A stretch of DNA of 29,141 nucleotides from a virus (Duplodnaviria > Caudoviricetes): positions 1 to 29,141 of IMG/VR virus record IMGVR_UViG_3300027571_000050; one strand, written 5' to 3'. The translations under genes and the position numbers were made by a program. Below are positions 8,558 to 18,704 of this stretch, in pieces (the first letter of the stretch is position 1; the number at the start of each line of letters is the position of its first letter). The notes under the pieces were generated by a model. It did not search any database, had not been told where the DNA came from, and was given only the letters and a program-made list of their open reading frames with translations.

Positions 8558-11500
8558 TAGAACCTGTTACTCCTAATCCTCTGTGAGTCAATCTGCTTAA
8601 TCTGTGTCATAACCGATCTTGCAATTTGATCTGGGTTTGCATCTGATTTTACATTTACGTTTACACTATAATTATACACTGATTCGCCAGAATATGTTCC
8701 AGAGTTTACAGCCTTCATTTTATCTAGTCCAAAGTTCTGTACTGCATACTTACGCATTACGAACTCTCCTGGAGTAAGCATTGCTGGAACTGTGTCTGTG
8801 CCCCTGGCAAATCCCCCAGCTGCAAAATATTTTGGAACCATTCCACCAGATGATAACGGTATTGAATACTTTTGACCTGGGTATATCAGGTTGGGGTTGC
8901 TACCAATAATAGACTTATTGGCATTATAGATCTTCTTCCACTGTGAGGCAGAACCATAAAACTTTTTGGCAATTCCAGATAGCGTATCGCCACTCTTTAC
9001 GGTATATGTTTTTGTAGTAGGCTCTGCAGCTTCTGGTGCTGGGGTCTGCGTAGGCGTTTCTGCTGGAGTTGGCTCAGTCGGTGTAACTGCTTCTGTAGTG
9101 TTGTCACTAAGTATCTTATCTGCATCAACAGTGATAGAGGCAGATCCATCTTCACCTATAGTTAGGTCTACGCCTTCGATGGCATTAAATGCATCTATGA
9201 GTGACTGCTTATATGCATCAGTTTTTGTTATAGCTGCATCTATGTTACCCTCAATAAGTGACCATGCTGTTGCACTCTTGCCAAGATAGTCTAGCTCTTC
9301 AATCCGAAGGTCTCTGGCTTCCTCTGCAATCGTAAGCAATCTTTGATTTGGTTCTATCCTTGACTCTTCAATTTCGGCAATGTTTTTGGTTAAAGTTTCA
9401 ATTTCTGATTCTATCTCTTTTTTGGTTAGAGTCTTTTCTATCTGCTTTCCAGTCTCCTCATCCCATACTTTGAATGTAATCTTTAGGCTTTCTAGTTCTG
9501 CCTTGCGAGCCTTCTCTAGGTTTGTTGACTGTGCATCTCTTGCTCTCTCAGCCCGAAGCTTTCTCTCTTCCCTCTGTGCCTTTGCTGCTGCTGCTAGGTC
9601 ACCAGAAGCAAGAGCATCTGCTACATCTAGCTGTGCCCTTGATTGCTCGACTAGTGCCTGGTTTGACTCGTAGATACTGTCTAAAGCTTCCTGCCTTTGA
9701 TCATACTTATCATTTATCTTTGACTCTTCTTCAGAGATTAAAGATAGTCCGTACTGGTAGTCATCTAGAACTACCTGGTCTTTTGCAATTTCTTGCTGAG
9801 CTAGCTTAATTGCATCTAATGTGTCCTGGTTATCTGCGGTAAACTGTAACTGTATTGCATTTTCCTGAGAACTAAAATAACCCTGAATCTTACTAAACTG
9901 TTCCTTTAAGTATGAGGTTCTGCCCTCTGGCGTTGATAGCTTTAACTCTAGAGACTTTTTCTCAAGTACGTCAAAGTCTTTTACCAACTGCTGGACTTCT
10001 TCTGAGCTTGCAGCGGTTGCAATACTAAATGCTAGCTGAGCATCCTGTGCCACTTCAAAGGCGTCTGCCAAAGACATTCCTGCGGCACGAAGCTTTGTGA
10101 TAGCCTTAAACTGCATATTTACATCTGACAACCCCTGCCTTAACGAAAGCTGGAAGTCTCCAATAGTTACTTCAGAGAATGCCTTGGCCATAGCTTTTCC
10201 AGCTGAGGTTACCTTGACAACCCCATCATTAATCGATACAAAAGTTTTTCTGGTTTCTTCATCTAGACCATTGATGTAATCAATGAACTCTCTGCCATAG
10301 CCAGCTGAAACAAGCTTTTGGTCAAAGCCCTTAAAAATTTCAATGTTCTTAGTTCCTCCAAGAACCCTCTTCAATTCTCCTACTCCACCAGCTGCATTGA
10401 TTGCTGCATCTCTAACCTGCTTTAGTCTAGTAAGAATGCTCTCAAATGGGTCTTGCTTTTGTGAGCCGTTGGAAGGTGTTGGTGATGGATCAGTTTCTTC
10501 TGTCCCGCCAACATTTTGCTGTTTGCCCTTTTGGACTTCGTATGCAGCTGCTTGATCAGAGTACTCTCTCATAAGGTAAGCTTGGTCATACTTCTCTAGC
10601 TCATAGCCCCTTCCTGTGGCTAATAGATATCTTTGCACAGAATTCCAGTCTCCAGTTGCTACGAAGTCTACGAAGACTGAAGCGGAACCAATCATTCCCT
10701 CTCCGAACAAAGTATCCCAGTTGTCAATTATAGCTTGTAGGCTTGGATCTTGCAAATCTTTGTTAAAATTAACCAAGAAGTCTTTAGACATTGTCTCTGG
10801 CATACCTTGAATCAGCTTGACCATGTCTGTAACTTCTTGAAGGGTGTTTGTGTTTGATGACGCAGTTAAATCAATATTAATGCCATACTCTTTATTCATA
10901 TTGGCTATTTGAGACAATGCCTCTACTTTGTTTTCATAGTCTTCGTCTGTATCGAATTGAGCTGACAGAGAGAACTCTTGAAGATATGTGGACATTCCAG
11001 CTTCATCAAGACCTGACTTTATAAGTAGGTCCATCAGCTGGCCGCCTGCAGCTGTCCCCTTTTCTTCTACAATTAAATCAAATTTTCTTTTAACAGATGC
11101 GTCCGTCTTGTCTAAACCAAGAAGCATGTTTACGGCATCAATGCTGAGATCTTTCGATGCGAAAGAAAGCTGCAAGGTTGTGTAGAATTCAGTGTCATCT
11201 CCAGCACTAAAGGCTTCGGATGCGGCATCATTAAGTCTTGATACTGCATCTTCTGCAAATACTCGTAACGGATTGTCCTCTTCATATCCAGATAATACCG
11301 ATGACTTTATAGCATCGCCAAATACCTTGGAGTCAAACTCATCCTTATAGCCAACAATGACGTCTAATGACTTTGAATTAGCTGCTAGCAGGGCATCAGT
11401 ATCTCTTTTTCTATCAGCTATTAGAGAGTTTAGTTCATTTTCTAGCTTAGTTCTTTTTTCAACATCTGAGGTTGCAGTAATTTGGTTCTTTAAATCATCT

Positions 11501-14500
11501 TCTCTAGTTTGGTATTGAGAGTTTAGAGAATCTAAGAGTTGTTGGTTCTGCTGTACCTGATTTATTCCAAGAGCTATTGCTGCTGATTGCAACTCTGCAG
11601 TTTGTCTAGTTTTTTCCAAAATAAATTCTGGGTCAAGGTCTGATATGTCAGAGTTATCTGCACCAATTGCAAAGCCAAACCCATCTGCTGCCCAACCTTC
11701 TAGTCCTGCTACAAAGCCATCCCAGCCACCTCTTGCATAGGCAATGTCTCTATCTACGGCGTCTTGAATTCTCTTGCCAGAAATTGCATCTTTGATTTTA
11801 CCCGACAATGCTTCTGGATCAGTCGCTAGAGCTACAGTATCTGATAGACTTTCTAAGGATTGTTGTTGGATTTCTAGCATTACCCTGAGAGGATTGTTTA
11901 TTAGGTCTGTGCCATTTGGACCAGTAATGCTAATTACCGTGGCTGCCACATCTGCAGCAAAGCTGTAGTCATTTAGCTCTGTGCCTATGGCAGATGCAAT
12001 ACTTGCTGCCTCTCCAGATGTTAAAATGCCCTCTGCCAATCCAACAGAAAGCTGTCGGCCAATCGCTGCTGCTGCGTCTGACTTTGAAAGACCCTGGGAG
12101 ATTAGAGTGTCTATGTCTCCTAGCAGGTTTTGCCCCGCCTCTGATTCTAAGTATGTTTGACCATATTTTCTTTGTGCGTTTGTATCTCCAGCTAGCTGGT
12201 CTTCTTGCTCTCTTCTTCTGGACTCTGTAGCTGATACACGGCCAGTTGCCTCTGACATAGCTATTAGCTTTGAGGTGTTCATAGTTAAGGCGTCGCCAAA
12301 CTTCTTGCCGTCCTCCCTAGCCTTATTCATCATCTCATTATATTTCATGAATGCGAATACTCCTAGCCCAACTACTGCCACTAGAGCAGCTATTGGTGCA
12401 CTAAGAGATAACAAAATCGGACCAATCATTGCAAGTCCGCTTGCAATTGGAACTATAGACTGAGCAATCTCTCCAACTTGACCACCCATACCAGATGCAA
12501 CACCAGCACCCATTGCAACCATTCCTGCCAAACCAGCAACCCTGCCTGCACGAGATACACGCTTTTGAGCTTTAGATTGCTTTGTTAGCTTTTTGTATGC
12601 CTCTCCAGTCATTGGAGTTCCGTCTGGATTGGTTACTACATTTCCGTCTTTATCATAAGCTAAAGGCTGTGTTCCTGGAACATCCGTTCCAACCTCAGCA
12701 ACCTGCTGTCGCTGATTTGCAAGCTCTCTCTTACTTCTATCTAGCTGTGTTTCTCCAGCTATATCTGCAATACCATCCATGCCAGCATTTTTACGCATAG
12801 TGTCTGCAAGAATACCGCCATACTTTGTCTTACCCAGAGCACCGTCCATAAGAGAGGTTTCAATCTTTCCTACGATCTTGCCACCGATGCCTGAAAGCTT
12901 TCTCTTTGCTGTTCCGCCAATAGATAGGTCAGCGTCAGACAGCCCGTCTACAATATTATTTTGCATTGATGGCAGCCCCATCCTTGCTGCTGCTTCATCT
13001 GAAATACCGCCAGAAGGAGCTGTAGGTGAGGTTGGGATTGTTGGTGGGCCATAACCGTTCGAGGAATTTAGGCCAGCATCGAAGTTGATCTTATACTCTC
13101 TAGCATCATCTGCACCATCGGGACCAGACAATGGATGAGGACTGTTACGGTCTCTAGCATACATGTATGGATCTTCAGATTTTGCCTCTACCTGTCTTCC
13201 AAATTCTTTTGCGTACAGGTCTGCGTCTGTGGTGGCATCCGCTACTGGCTGAACAGATGGGCCATTCAACTTATCTAATGATCTTGTTCCTGTTTCAAAG
13301 GTTCCGCCTGGAACAACATGTTTGCCAGCACCTACCGTAAAACTATTTGTCCTAAGCTTACCAGACGACTTGGTCCTTGCGACTGCGATGTCGGTGCCCG
13401 TAGCAAAAACTTGAGGCCTACCAGCGGTTTGCCTTAATTCTCCCTCTCCAGATGCTACTATGTCCTCGTAAAATGCTTCTGCAGAACCTGCAACCTTTCC
13501 AGCTGATGTCTTTATATTTTGAACACCGACTTGACGTGCAGTAACTGGCATAGAAGATCGTGCCTTCATTCCAGCAGCCACGTCCTGCCTTGCTTCATTT
13601 CCAGATGTAGCAAACTCGTTTATAACTGTGTTGGTCACATCTGCCATTAGCTGATCTAGCCAACCAGTGACTGATTTATCAATGTTTCCGTTGTCTATAG
13701 CACTTGCTATTCTTTGACCAATCTCAACATCTAGCTGTGATACTGCAGCATCAATTGCTGCACCAGAGCCCATCTGTCCTGCTGCCTGTGCCCTAGAAGA
13801 AACATTCTTAAACCCCTCTCCAGAGTTCTTGTCCCACTCAGAGGTGAACTCCTGTGAAGACATTCCAGTGCCTCTGGCTTTTTGATTTAGGGTTGTGGAT
13901 TTTGTTGCGGTTAAGTCAGACAGGACTATGGTTGCTTCTAGCAGTCTGTCTGAGAATGTAGAAATTCTTGGGAATATTTTATCTAACTCGGCTAGAATTG
14001 CTGGAGTTTTTGCCATTGGCATTGACATGTGCGTCTCTTGCATACCAGGGGTTCCCTTTGCAAACCCAGGAATGTTGTCAGAGATGATCCCCTGAATTAA
14101 TGGACCATATTTTTTTGCCCTATCTGTAGGAATAACAGCTTCTCCAGGAGAAAGCATGGCTGGCACTATATCTCCAGCACCCTTTGGACCAGGAACGCTA
14201 AATATACCACTAGCTAGCTTTAAGGGGTTTCCCTTTGGATCTACAAGCCCAGTGGTCCTACCCATTGTCCTGCCAGTTGCAGATGAAATATTGTATGAGC
14301 TAGCGGCTGCGTTTGCTGCCTGATATGCCCCTACAAGATTATAAAGTGCTCCTGCTTCAGAAGTAAATATTTGAGCTAGCTGAGCATGTGTCTGACCCAA
14401 AGATCCTGCAACAGCAGCAGCCTCTAGCTGTTCTTGTGTCATGTAGCCTAGCTCCATTGACACTCCAGAGGATGCACCAGACAAAGAAAGCATTACGCTT

Positions 14501-16242
14501 CTTACAACACCAAAACCTTTTATTAGGTTCGCTACACCGTTAGCTAGTAGACCAAAAGTCATTAGCGCTACTGGGGCAATAAGTCCTAGTACAGCAATTG
14601 CTCCAATAACAAATTGCTTGACTCCAGCATCCATATTGTTAAATTGCTTTAGCAGCCCATTAGCAAACTCAATGATAGGGGTTATTAGCTTTATGAATTC
14701 TTGGCCCAGTGGAACCAGAGATGCCTTTATGTCTTCTAGTGACTTTTGGAACTTGTAGGCTGGCGAATCTTCTACACGCTTTAGCTCTCTCTCGGAGAGG
14801 ATTGCTAGCTCTGCTGCGGTTGCCCTTGAAAGATCTAGAACTCTTTGTGCCTGAGTACCCTCGGCAATAACGTTCTGGAACAATGTTGAGATACGGGAGA
14901 ACTGGAACTTTCCAAACAACTGTTCGATGGCTTGGGCTCTATTTAGTGGATCTAGCTTGTCTAGAGCCTGGGCAAAGCCAATAACTGTTCCCTTAAGATC
15001 TCCAGCATTAGCCTCTACGAGACCCTTGACATTTATGCCAAAACTTGCAAGCATGTCAGAGGACTGCTTAGTAGGATTAATAAGTGAAGCAAGACCAGAC
15101 TTTAGCGCATTGGCACCCTCGGAAGCATTAATGCCACCTTCACGCATGGCGGTCAGGAAGTATGCTAGATCTTCTACGTCTCCACCAAGCTGCTTTACAA
15201 CAGGACCAGCCTTTGGAATAGCAATGGTCAAGTCTTCGATTGCTGTAACTGTTTGGTTTTCTACAGCGTTTAGGAAGTCTATCTTAGATGCTAGCTCTTC
15301 TGTGGAAACTCCAAAAGCATTTGTTAGAGAGATTGAGGTCTTTAGGGCTTCGGACTGTTCTACCCCACCAAGAACAGCAAGCCTTGTTGCTTCTACAACC
15401 TGGGCAGTAAGAGCTGCACCCATCTGACCCATTGCAGCGGCTTCGGCTGCCAGATCCATGGTGTCTTTAACTGCAATGCCATACTTGGTGAACTCAGAAG
15501 CTAGTCTTTGGATACTATCCACCATCTTGTCAGTTTCTGCTGCTGTGGTGTTTAGCTCCCCGTAGACCCTCTTAAACTTTATTACTGCATCTTCCATCTC
15601 CATGAATGCTTTGCCAGCAGTGGATGCCATAATAGAAAGTGGTAGGGTGAAACCAACCATAAGCTGGCGACCAGCCCACTGGGTGTTTTTACCAAAGTTT
15701 AGAAGATTTGTAGAACCTTGCTTTAAGAGCTGATTAAAAACTTGCTGCTTTTGAGCAGCCATTTGCATCTGGGTTCCCAGATTGTTCATATCAAGGGATA
15801 GGGGCCTTACCTTGATTGCTTCAATTGCTCCGTTGGCATCCCGACCCATTTTTATATATTGGGTCTGAATGGTCTTTACCCGTTCACGAGCAACTTTGTC
15901 AATTGTATTAAATTCATTTTTGAACATGCTACTAAAGCTTTTAGTAGATGCCATACCGTACTTAAAGTACTGGCCCATTGAAAGCTTATTTTTTTCCAGG
16001 GACTCTGTGAATGAGTCTGCTGTACTTTTTACATTACTTAAGCTTGCAGAAAATTGTTTTGTAGAGTTTATAGAATTTATTAAATTCTTAGACATGTTGT
16101 CTGACATAGCAGCATTTGCTGCACTACCAGACGTTCTTAAGGACTGATGAAAGGCCGATATCTGACTTTGTAGGGCTTTGATTGACGCCAACGCACTGGA
16201 CGTATCAATATTAATCCCAATATTGGTTTCAATATCAGCCAT
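8557..16242 (-). CDS. Tape measure protein (TP901-type core) with LysM domain
   Basis: 2561 aa, Ala/Gly-rich and helical. TP901-like core region ([43 protein letters not shown]...AIEQLFGK), two hydrophobic clusters and a coiled coil. Follows the chaperone genes and has SD GAGGT. Confidence 0.95.
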   Translation of the reverse strand: MADIETNIGINIDTSSALASIKALQSQISAFHQSLRTSGSAANAAMSDNMSKNLINSINSTKQFSASLSNVKSTADSFTESLEKNKLSMGQYFKYGMASTKSFSSMFKNEFNTIDKVARERVKTIQTQYIKMGRDANGAIEAIKVRPLSLDMNNLGTQMQMAAQKQQVFNQLLKQGSTNLLNFGKNTQWAGRQLMVGFTLPLSIMASTAGKAFMEMEDAVIKFKRVYGELNTTAAETDKMVDSIQRLASEFTKYGIAVKDTMDLAAEAAAMGQMGAALTAQVVEATRLAVLGGVEQSEALKTSISLTNAFGVSTEELASKIDFLNAVENQTVTAIEDLTIAIPKAGPVVKQLGGDVEDLAYFLTAMREGGINASEGANALKSGLASLINPTKQSSDMLASFGINVKGLVEANAGDLKGTVIGFAQALDKLDPLNRAQAIEQLFGKFQFSRISTLFQNVIAEGTQAQRVLDLSRATAAELAILSERELKRVEDSPAYKFQKSLEDIKASLVPLGQEFIKLITPIIEFANGLLKQFNNMDAGVKQFVIGAIAVLGLIAPVALMTFGLLANGVANLIKGFGVVRSVMLSLSGASSGVSMELGYMTQEQLEAAAVAGSLGQTHAQLAQIFTSEAGALYNLVGAYQAANAAASSYNISSATGRTMGRTTGLVDPKGNPLKLASGIFSVPGPKGAGDIVPAMLSPGEAVIPTDRAKKYGPLIQGIISDNIPGFAKGTPGMQETHMSMPMAKTPAILAELDKIFPRISTFSDRLLEATIVLSDLTATKSTTLNQKARGTGMSSQEFTSEWDKNSGEGFKNVSSRAQAAGQMGSGAAIDAAVSQLDVEIGQRIASAIDNGNIDKSVTGWLDQLMADVTNTVINEFATSGNEARQDVAAGMKARSSMPVTARQVGVQNIKTSAGKVAGSAEAFYEDIVASGEGELRQTAGRPQVFATGTDIAVARTKSSGKLRTNSFTVGAGKHVVPGGTFETGTRSLDKLNGPSVQPVADATTDADLYAKEFGRQVEAKSEDPYMYARDRNSPHPLSGPDGADDAREYKINFDAGLNSSNGYGPPTIPTSPTAPSGGISDEAAARMGLPSMQNNIVDGLSDADLSIGGTAKRKLSGIGGKIVGKIETSLMDGALGKTKYGGILADTMRKNAGMDGIADIAGETQLDRSKRELANQRQQVAEVGTDVPGTQPLAYDKDGNVVTNPDGTPMTGEAYKKLTKQSKAQKRVSRAGRVAGLAGMVAMGAGVASGMGGQVGEIAQSIVPIASGLAMIGPILLSLSAPIAALVAVVGLGVFAFMKYNEMMNKAREDGKKFGDALTMNTSKLIAMSEATGRVSATESRRREQEDQLAGDTNAQRKYGQTYLESEAGQNLLGDIDTLISQGLSKSDAAAAIGRQLSVGLAEGILTSGEAASIASAIGTELNDYSFAADVAATVISITGPNGTDLINNPLRVMLEIQQQSLESLSDTVALATDPEALSGKIKDAISGKRIQDAVDRDIAYARGGWDGFVAGLEGWAADGFGFAIGADNSDISDLDPEFILEKTRQTAELQSAAIALGINQVQQNQQLLDSLNSQYQTREDDLKNQITATSDVEKRTKLENELNSLIADRKRDTDALLAANSKSLDVIVGYKDEFDSKVFGDAIKSSVLSGYEEDNPLRVFAEDAVSRLNDAASEAFSAGDDTEFYTTLQLSFASKDLSIDAVNMLLGLDKTDASVKRKFDLIVEEKGTAAGGQLMDLLIKSGLDEAGMSTYLQEFSLSAQFDTDEDYENKVEALSQIANMNKEYGINIDLTASSNTNTLQEVTDMVKLIQGMPETMSKDFLVNFNKDLQDPSLQAIIDNWDTLFGEGMIGSASVFVDFVATGDWNSVQRYLLATGRGYELEKYDQAYLMREYSDQAAAYEVQKGKQQNVGGTEETDPSPTPSNGSQKQDPFESILTRLKQVRDAAINAAGGVGELKRVLGGTKNIEIFKGFDQKLVSAGYGREFIDYINGLDEETRKTFVSINDGVVKVTSAGKAMAKAFSEVTIGDFQLSLRQGLSDVNMQFKAITKLRAAGMSLADAFEVAQDAQLAFSIATAASSEEVQQLVKDFDVLEKKSLELKLSTPEGRTSYLKEQFSKIQGYFSSQENAIQLQFTADNQDTLDAIKLAQQEIAKDQVVLDDYQYGLSLISEEESKINDKYDQRQEALDSIYESNQALVEQSRAQLDVADALASGDLAAAAKAQREERKLRAERARDAQSTNLEKARKAELESLKITFKVWDEETGKQIEKTLTKKEIESEIETLTKNIAEIEESRIEPNQRLLTIAEEARDLRIEELDYLGKSATAWSLIEGNIDAAITKTDAYKQSLIDAFNAIEGVDLTIGEDGSASITVDADKILSDNTTEAVTPTEPTPAETPTQTPAPEAAEPTTKTYTVKSGDTLSGIAKKFYGSASQWKKIYNANKSIIGSNPNLIYPGQKYSIPLSSGGMVPKYFAAGGFARGTDTVPAMLTPGEFVMRKYAVQNFGLDKMKAVNSGTYSGESVYNYSVNVNVKSDANPDQIARSVMTQIKQIDSQRIRSNRF
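8857..9012 (-). other. LysM peptidoglycan-binding domain within the tape measure protein
   Basis: [52 protein letters not shown] is a canonical LysM sequence, preceded by a Pro/Thr/Glu linker. Confidence 0.93.
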
Positions 16243-16265
16243 TCATTAGTACCTCGTTTTGTGGA

Positions 16266-16589
16266 CTATTTGCCCAAGTTACCTACCACGGAGCTATCCG
16301 ACATCTTAATGCCAGAGGCTTCCTCTACAATCTTATAGACTGTTGGTAGGTCGATGTTGTCTTCCAACGCTTTGATGTCTCCAGCTAGCTCTGGCTTGTA
16401 CTGCTCCATAGCAATCTGAACACACTCCATTAGAAGATTCATTGACTTGTCATTATCATCAGCTACTGCTGCGATGCCCTCGAACTTCTTCATAAATGAG
16501 CGAAGTAAGGAAATCTTTAGTGGACGAACTGTAAGCTCGGTTCCATCAATTAGCTTGATGCTTTGTGATTCATTGACTGTTGTAGCCAT
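16266..16589 (-). CDS. Tail assembly chaperone, short form (gpG-like); paralog of 16646..17341
   Basis: 107 aa directly upstream of the tape measure gene. About 44/96 identities (manual alignment) to the N-terminus of the adjacent 231-aa ORF. SD AGAGGA. Confidence 0.8.
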   Translation of the reverse strand: MATTVNESQSIKLIDGTELTVRPLKISLLRSFMKKFEGIAAVADDNDKSMNLLMECVQIAMEQYKPELAGDIKALEDNIDLPTVYKIVEEASGIKMSDSSVVGNLGK

Positions 16590-16625
16590 CTATTCCTCTT
16601 CTCTATAACCAATATGGTCTTATTA

Positions 16626-16636
16626 ATTATACCACA
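16626..16636 (-). promoter_or_regulatory. Extended -10 promoter TGTGGTATAAT for the short chaperone and tape measure operon
   Basis: Perfect TRTGnTATAAT in a 56-nt intergenic gap, 36 nt before the ATG, with an SD in the leader. Confidence 0.75.
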
Positions 16637-16645
16637 AAGGGGATT

Positions 16646-17341
16646 CTATTGCTTGGTCAAATCAGTGTAATCTAGGCCCAAACCTATGCCAAATCCAGAT
16701 TGTTGAGCCTTATAGCCTTGGAATGAAGTGATGTCATTAGGGTCATTGGTCTTACCGCCACTAAATACCCTGGCCTTCATCTCTTCCCAAGCATTTGCAT
16801 TGCTGTTACCAGTCTTTTCGTCTAAGTCTATACCCTGAATCGCTGCCAAGAATTTTTTCTGCTGATAGTCAGCTTCGTTTTGACTCTCCAGTATTGCTAT
16901 TAGCTCAGGCATGGACAGTGAGGTTTCTAGCTCCTCGTAGTCTTTCCAGATACCCAGCAAAAAAGCACGGCTTTCAAGCTTAGCAAGATCCAGTGTTTCC
17001 CAGGAAGATCCGCTCTGCGTTGCCTGCTCTTTTACGCCCTCATCATTTTTATCAGCATCTACTTTTATTCCAGCTGCAACATCAAGTATCTTATATATGG
17101 TTGGGAGGTTTACACTGTCTTCTAGATCATCTATTGTTTTTATTGATGGATAGTACTGCTTCATCGCTACCCTGGCACACTCTGCTAGAGCAGACACCGC
17201 TTCTTCATCTCCAGATGCTTTTTTTACATCTTCAAACTTTTCCATAAACTCACGAAGGTATCTAATCTTAAGCGGAGTAAGATATAGCTCTGTTCCGTCT
17301 ATTAGTTCTATGATTCCAGTGTCGTATATTTTACTTGCCAT
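16646..17341 (-). CDS. Tail assembly chaperone, long form (gpG-T-like, in-frame fusion)
   Basis: 231 aa after the major tail gene. A G-like N-terminal ~95 aa, a polar linker, then a helical T-like domain (WETLDLAKLESRAFLLGIWKDYEELETSLSMPELIAIL...). The frame is uninterrupted. Confidence 0.8.
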   Translation of the reverse strand: MASKIYDTGIIELIDGTELYLTPLKIRYLREFMEKFEDVKKASGDEEAVSALAECARVAMKQYYPSIKTIDDLEDSVNLPTIYKILDVAAGIKVDADKNDEGVKEQATQSGSSWETLDLAKLESRAFLLGIWKDYEELETSLSMPELIAILESQNEADYQQKKFLAAIQGIDLDEKTGNSNANAWEEMKARVFSGGKTNDPNDITSFQGYKAQQSGFGIGLGLDYTDLTKQ

Positions 17342-17347
17342 CTTACA

Positions 17348-17356
17348 AGTATACCA
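17348..17356 (-). promoter_or_regulatory. Extended -10 promoter TGGTATACT, leaderless start
   Basis: TGGTATACT-TGTAAG-ATG, with a 6-nt spacer and no SD. It abuts the U-tract of the upstream terminator. Confidence 0.75.
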
Positions 17357-17393
17357 AAAATAAAACTGCCCCGACCGAAGCCAGGGCAGTTTT
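17356..17393 (-). terminator. Intrinsic terminator after the major tail gene, C(UUCG)G tetraloop
   Basis: Minus strand AAAACTGCCCTGGC-TTCG-GTCGGGGCAGTTTT-ATTTTT. The inner stem uses G-U pairs that work only on the minus-strand RNA. Confidence 0.9.
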
Positions 17394-17420
17394 TATTAAG
17401 TTATTTGTAGATGCAGTCTA

Positions 17421-18083
17421 TTAGACAGCAGCGGGGATTACTCGGTCTACGATCTTACCGTATGAACCAGAAGAATCTGGTAGTAGACGGAAAGAAACCT
17501 CGAACATTGTAGCCTCGTCACGCTTAGCGGATACGGTTACGTTCTCGATTGATAGAGCACGGTAAGCAGTGTAGATACGCTCAATGCTTGAGCCAGCCTC
17601 ACAGTCACCCGTACCAGGACCAACTGCAACAAGACCACGCTCAACTGGACACTCACCTAGGTTACCAGATGCAAGGTTAAGAGAGGCTGAGCCTGTTCCT
17701 AGTCCTGTAACACCAGTAATAGCCTCGTCCCAGTCAGCTGCGTTACCAGCGATGGCTAGAAGTAGGTTCTCTAGAGTTGCCTCAGCGAAAGCTGTGTTCA
17801 TGTTTACGGTCATACCCTGCTTGTATAGCTTTGCAGCGTCAAGTACCTGGTCAACCTGTACCTCACCGAAGTCAGGCTGGAAGACTAGTTCTAGACCGTT
17901 CATTGTGTAACCAACGTTACGATATCCTGCACCGAGTGTTTCATCGGTCAGGGTGTCACGGTAGGATGTGCCGTCTGTTGAATAATCTGGAAGATCCGTT
18001 GCTGGATCAATAGCTCCAGAGTATGCAAATAGAGCAGCTGCACCAACGATGATCTGTGCTGAATCACCACGTGTATATGCCAT
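17421..18083 (-). CDS. Major tail (tube) protein
   Basis: 220 aa. IIVGAAALF, YRNVGYTMNGLELVFQPDFGEVQVDQ, TAFAEATLENL and FEVSFRLLP are siphovirus tube motifs. Strong SD GAGGTG and a downstream terminator. Confidence 0.92.
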   Translation of the reverse strand: MAYTRGDSAQIIVGAAALFAYSGAIDPATDLPDYSTDGTSYRDTLTDETLGAGYRNVGYTMNGLELVFQPDFGEVQVDQVLDAAKLYKQGMTVNMNTAFAEATLENLLLAIAGNAADWDEAITGVTGLGTGSASLNLASGNLGECPVERGLVAVGPGTGDCEAGSSIERIYTAYRALSIENVTVSAKRDEATMFEVSFRLLPDSSGSYGKIVDRVIPAAV

Positions 18084-18089
18084 ATTAAT

Positions 18090-18131
18090 TCACCTCTTTT
18101 GTTTGATTAATAAAAGGGCGTGTTTCCTCAT
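18090..18131 (-). other. Putative leaderless uORF MRKHALLLIKQKR overlapping the major tail SD
   Basis: ATG lies 5 nt after TATACT. There are 13 sense codons, and the TGA stop overlaps GAGGTGA. Confidence 0.3.
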
Positions 18132-18143
18132 TTACAAGTATAC
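18132..18143 (-). promoter_or_regulatory. Promoter -10 (GTATACTTGTAA) for the major tail gene
   Basis: Identical 12-mer to 17343-17354, in a 78-nt intergenic region with an AT-rich upstream segment. Confidence 0.65.
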
Positions 18144-18161
18144 AGCACTTTTAAATATTAT

Positions 18162-18704
18162 TTAAAAATCTGGACTATTTGGGTCAACAGATAGGTGGTA
18201 GTCGTAGTCAATAATTATTTTATTTCCTGCGTAGGTTCTAGCAGTTCCAAAGTCGACGATGTCTCTGGACTCTTCTAAATGATAGATCTTAAAGTTATGG
18301 AAGTAAAAGTTGCAGGATATGCTTTCGCCCTCTACGGTTATGGGACCCCTATTCTTTGCCCACTCGTTTATCTCTTCGGCAGTCTCATCTTCTCTGTCCA
18401 TCAATCTTAAAATATTTTCTTGTAGCCTAATCATGTTGAGTTGGTAATCAGACCCTGTTGAATAAAAGTAGTATAGAACTTGCTCACATTTTATGTGTGG
18501 GAATGCTTTACGACGCATCTTAAACATTCTGTCGTATACCGACATCATACCGCTTTGTTCTAAGGAAAAAGAGTTTAGGGTCTCAAGGGTTGATGGCCCT
18601 GTGGGGAAAAATGGTAACGTGGCAAATCCAAGATTTTCCTCAAGCTTTTCTTTAAGGTATGTATTAATCCAAAGTATTGGTGTGTTTAGTAGTGACTGTG
18701 CCAT
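18162..18704 (-). CDS. Putative tail terminator protein
   Basis: 180 aa immediately upstream of the major tail gene. The call rests mainly on synteny and size. Confidence 0.55.
   Translation of the reverse strand: MAQSLLNTPILWINTYLKEKLEENLGFATLPFFPTGPSTLETLNSFSLEQSGMMSVYDRMFKMRRKAFPHIKCEQVLYYFYSTGSDYQLNMIRLQENILRLMDREDETAEEINEWAKNRGPITVEGESISCNFYFHNFKIYHLEESRDIVDFGTARTYAGNKIIIDYDYHLSVDPNSPDF

Noticed and set aside
8667-8679. GTGTATAATTATA in the tape measure 3' end as an internal promoter or palindrome
   Set aside because: It lacks the TGn extension and is explained by Val-Tyr-Asn-Tyr codons. The downstream gene is already TAATG-coupled. Not excluded, but unsupported.
17400-17423. Readthrough or frameshift extension of the major tail protein (also checked at the capsid end)
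   Set aside because: Tandem TAA TAG stops follow the tail gene, terminators follow both genes closely, and there is no downstream extension ORF.
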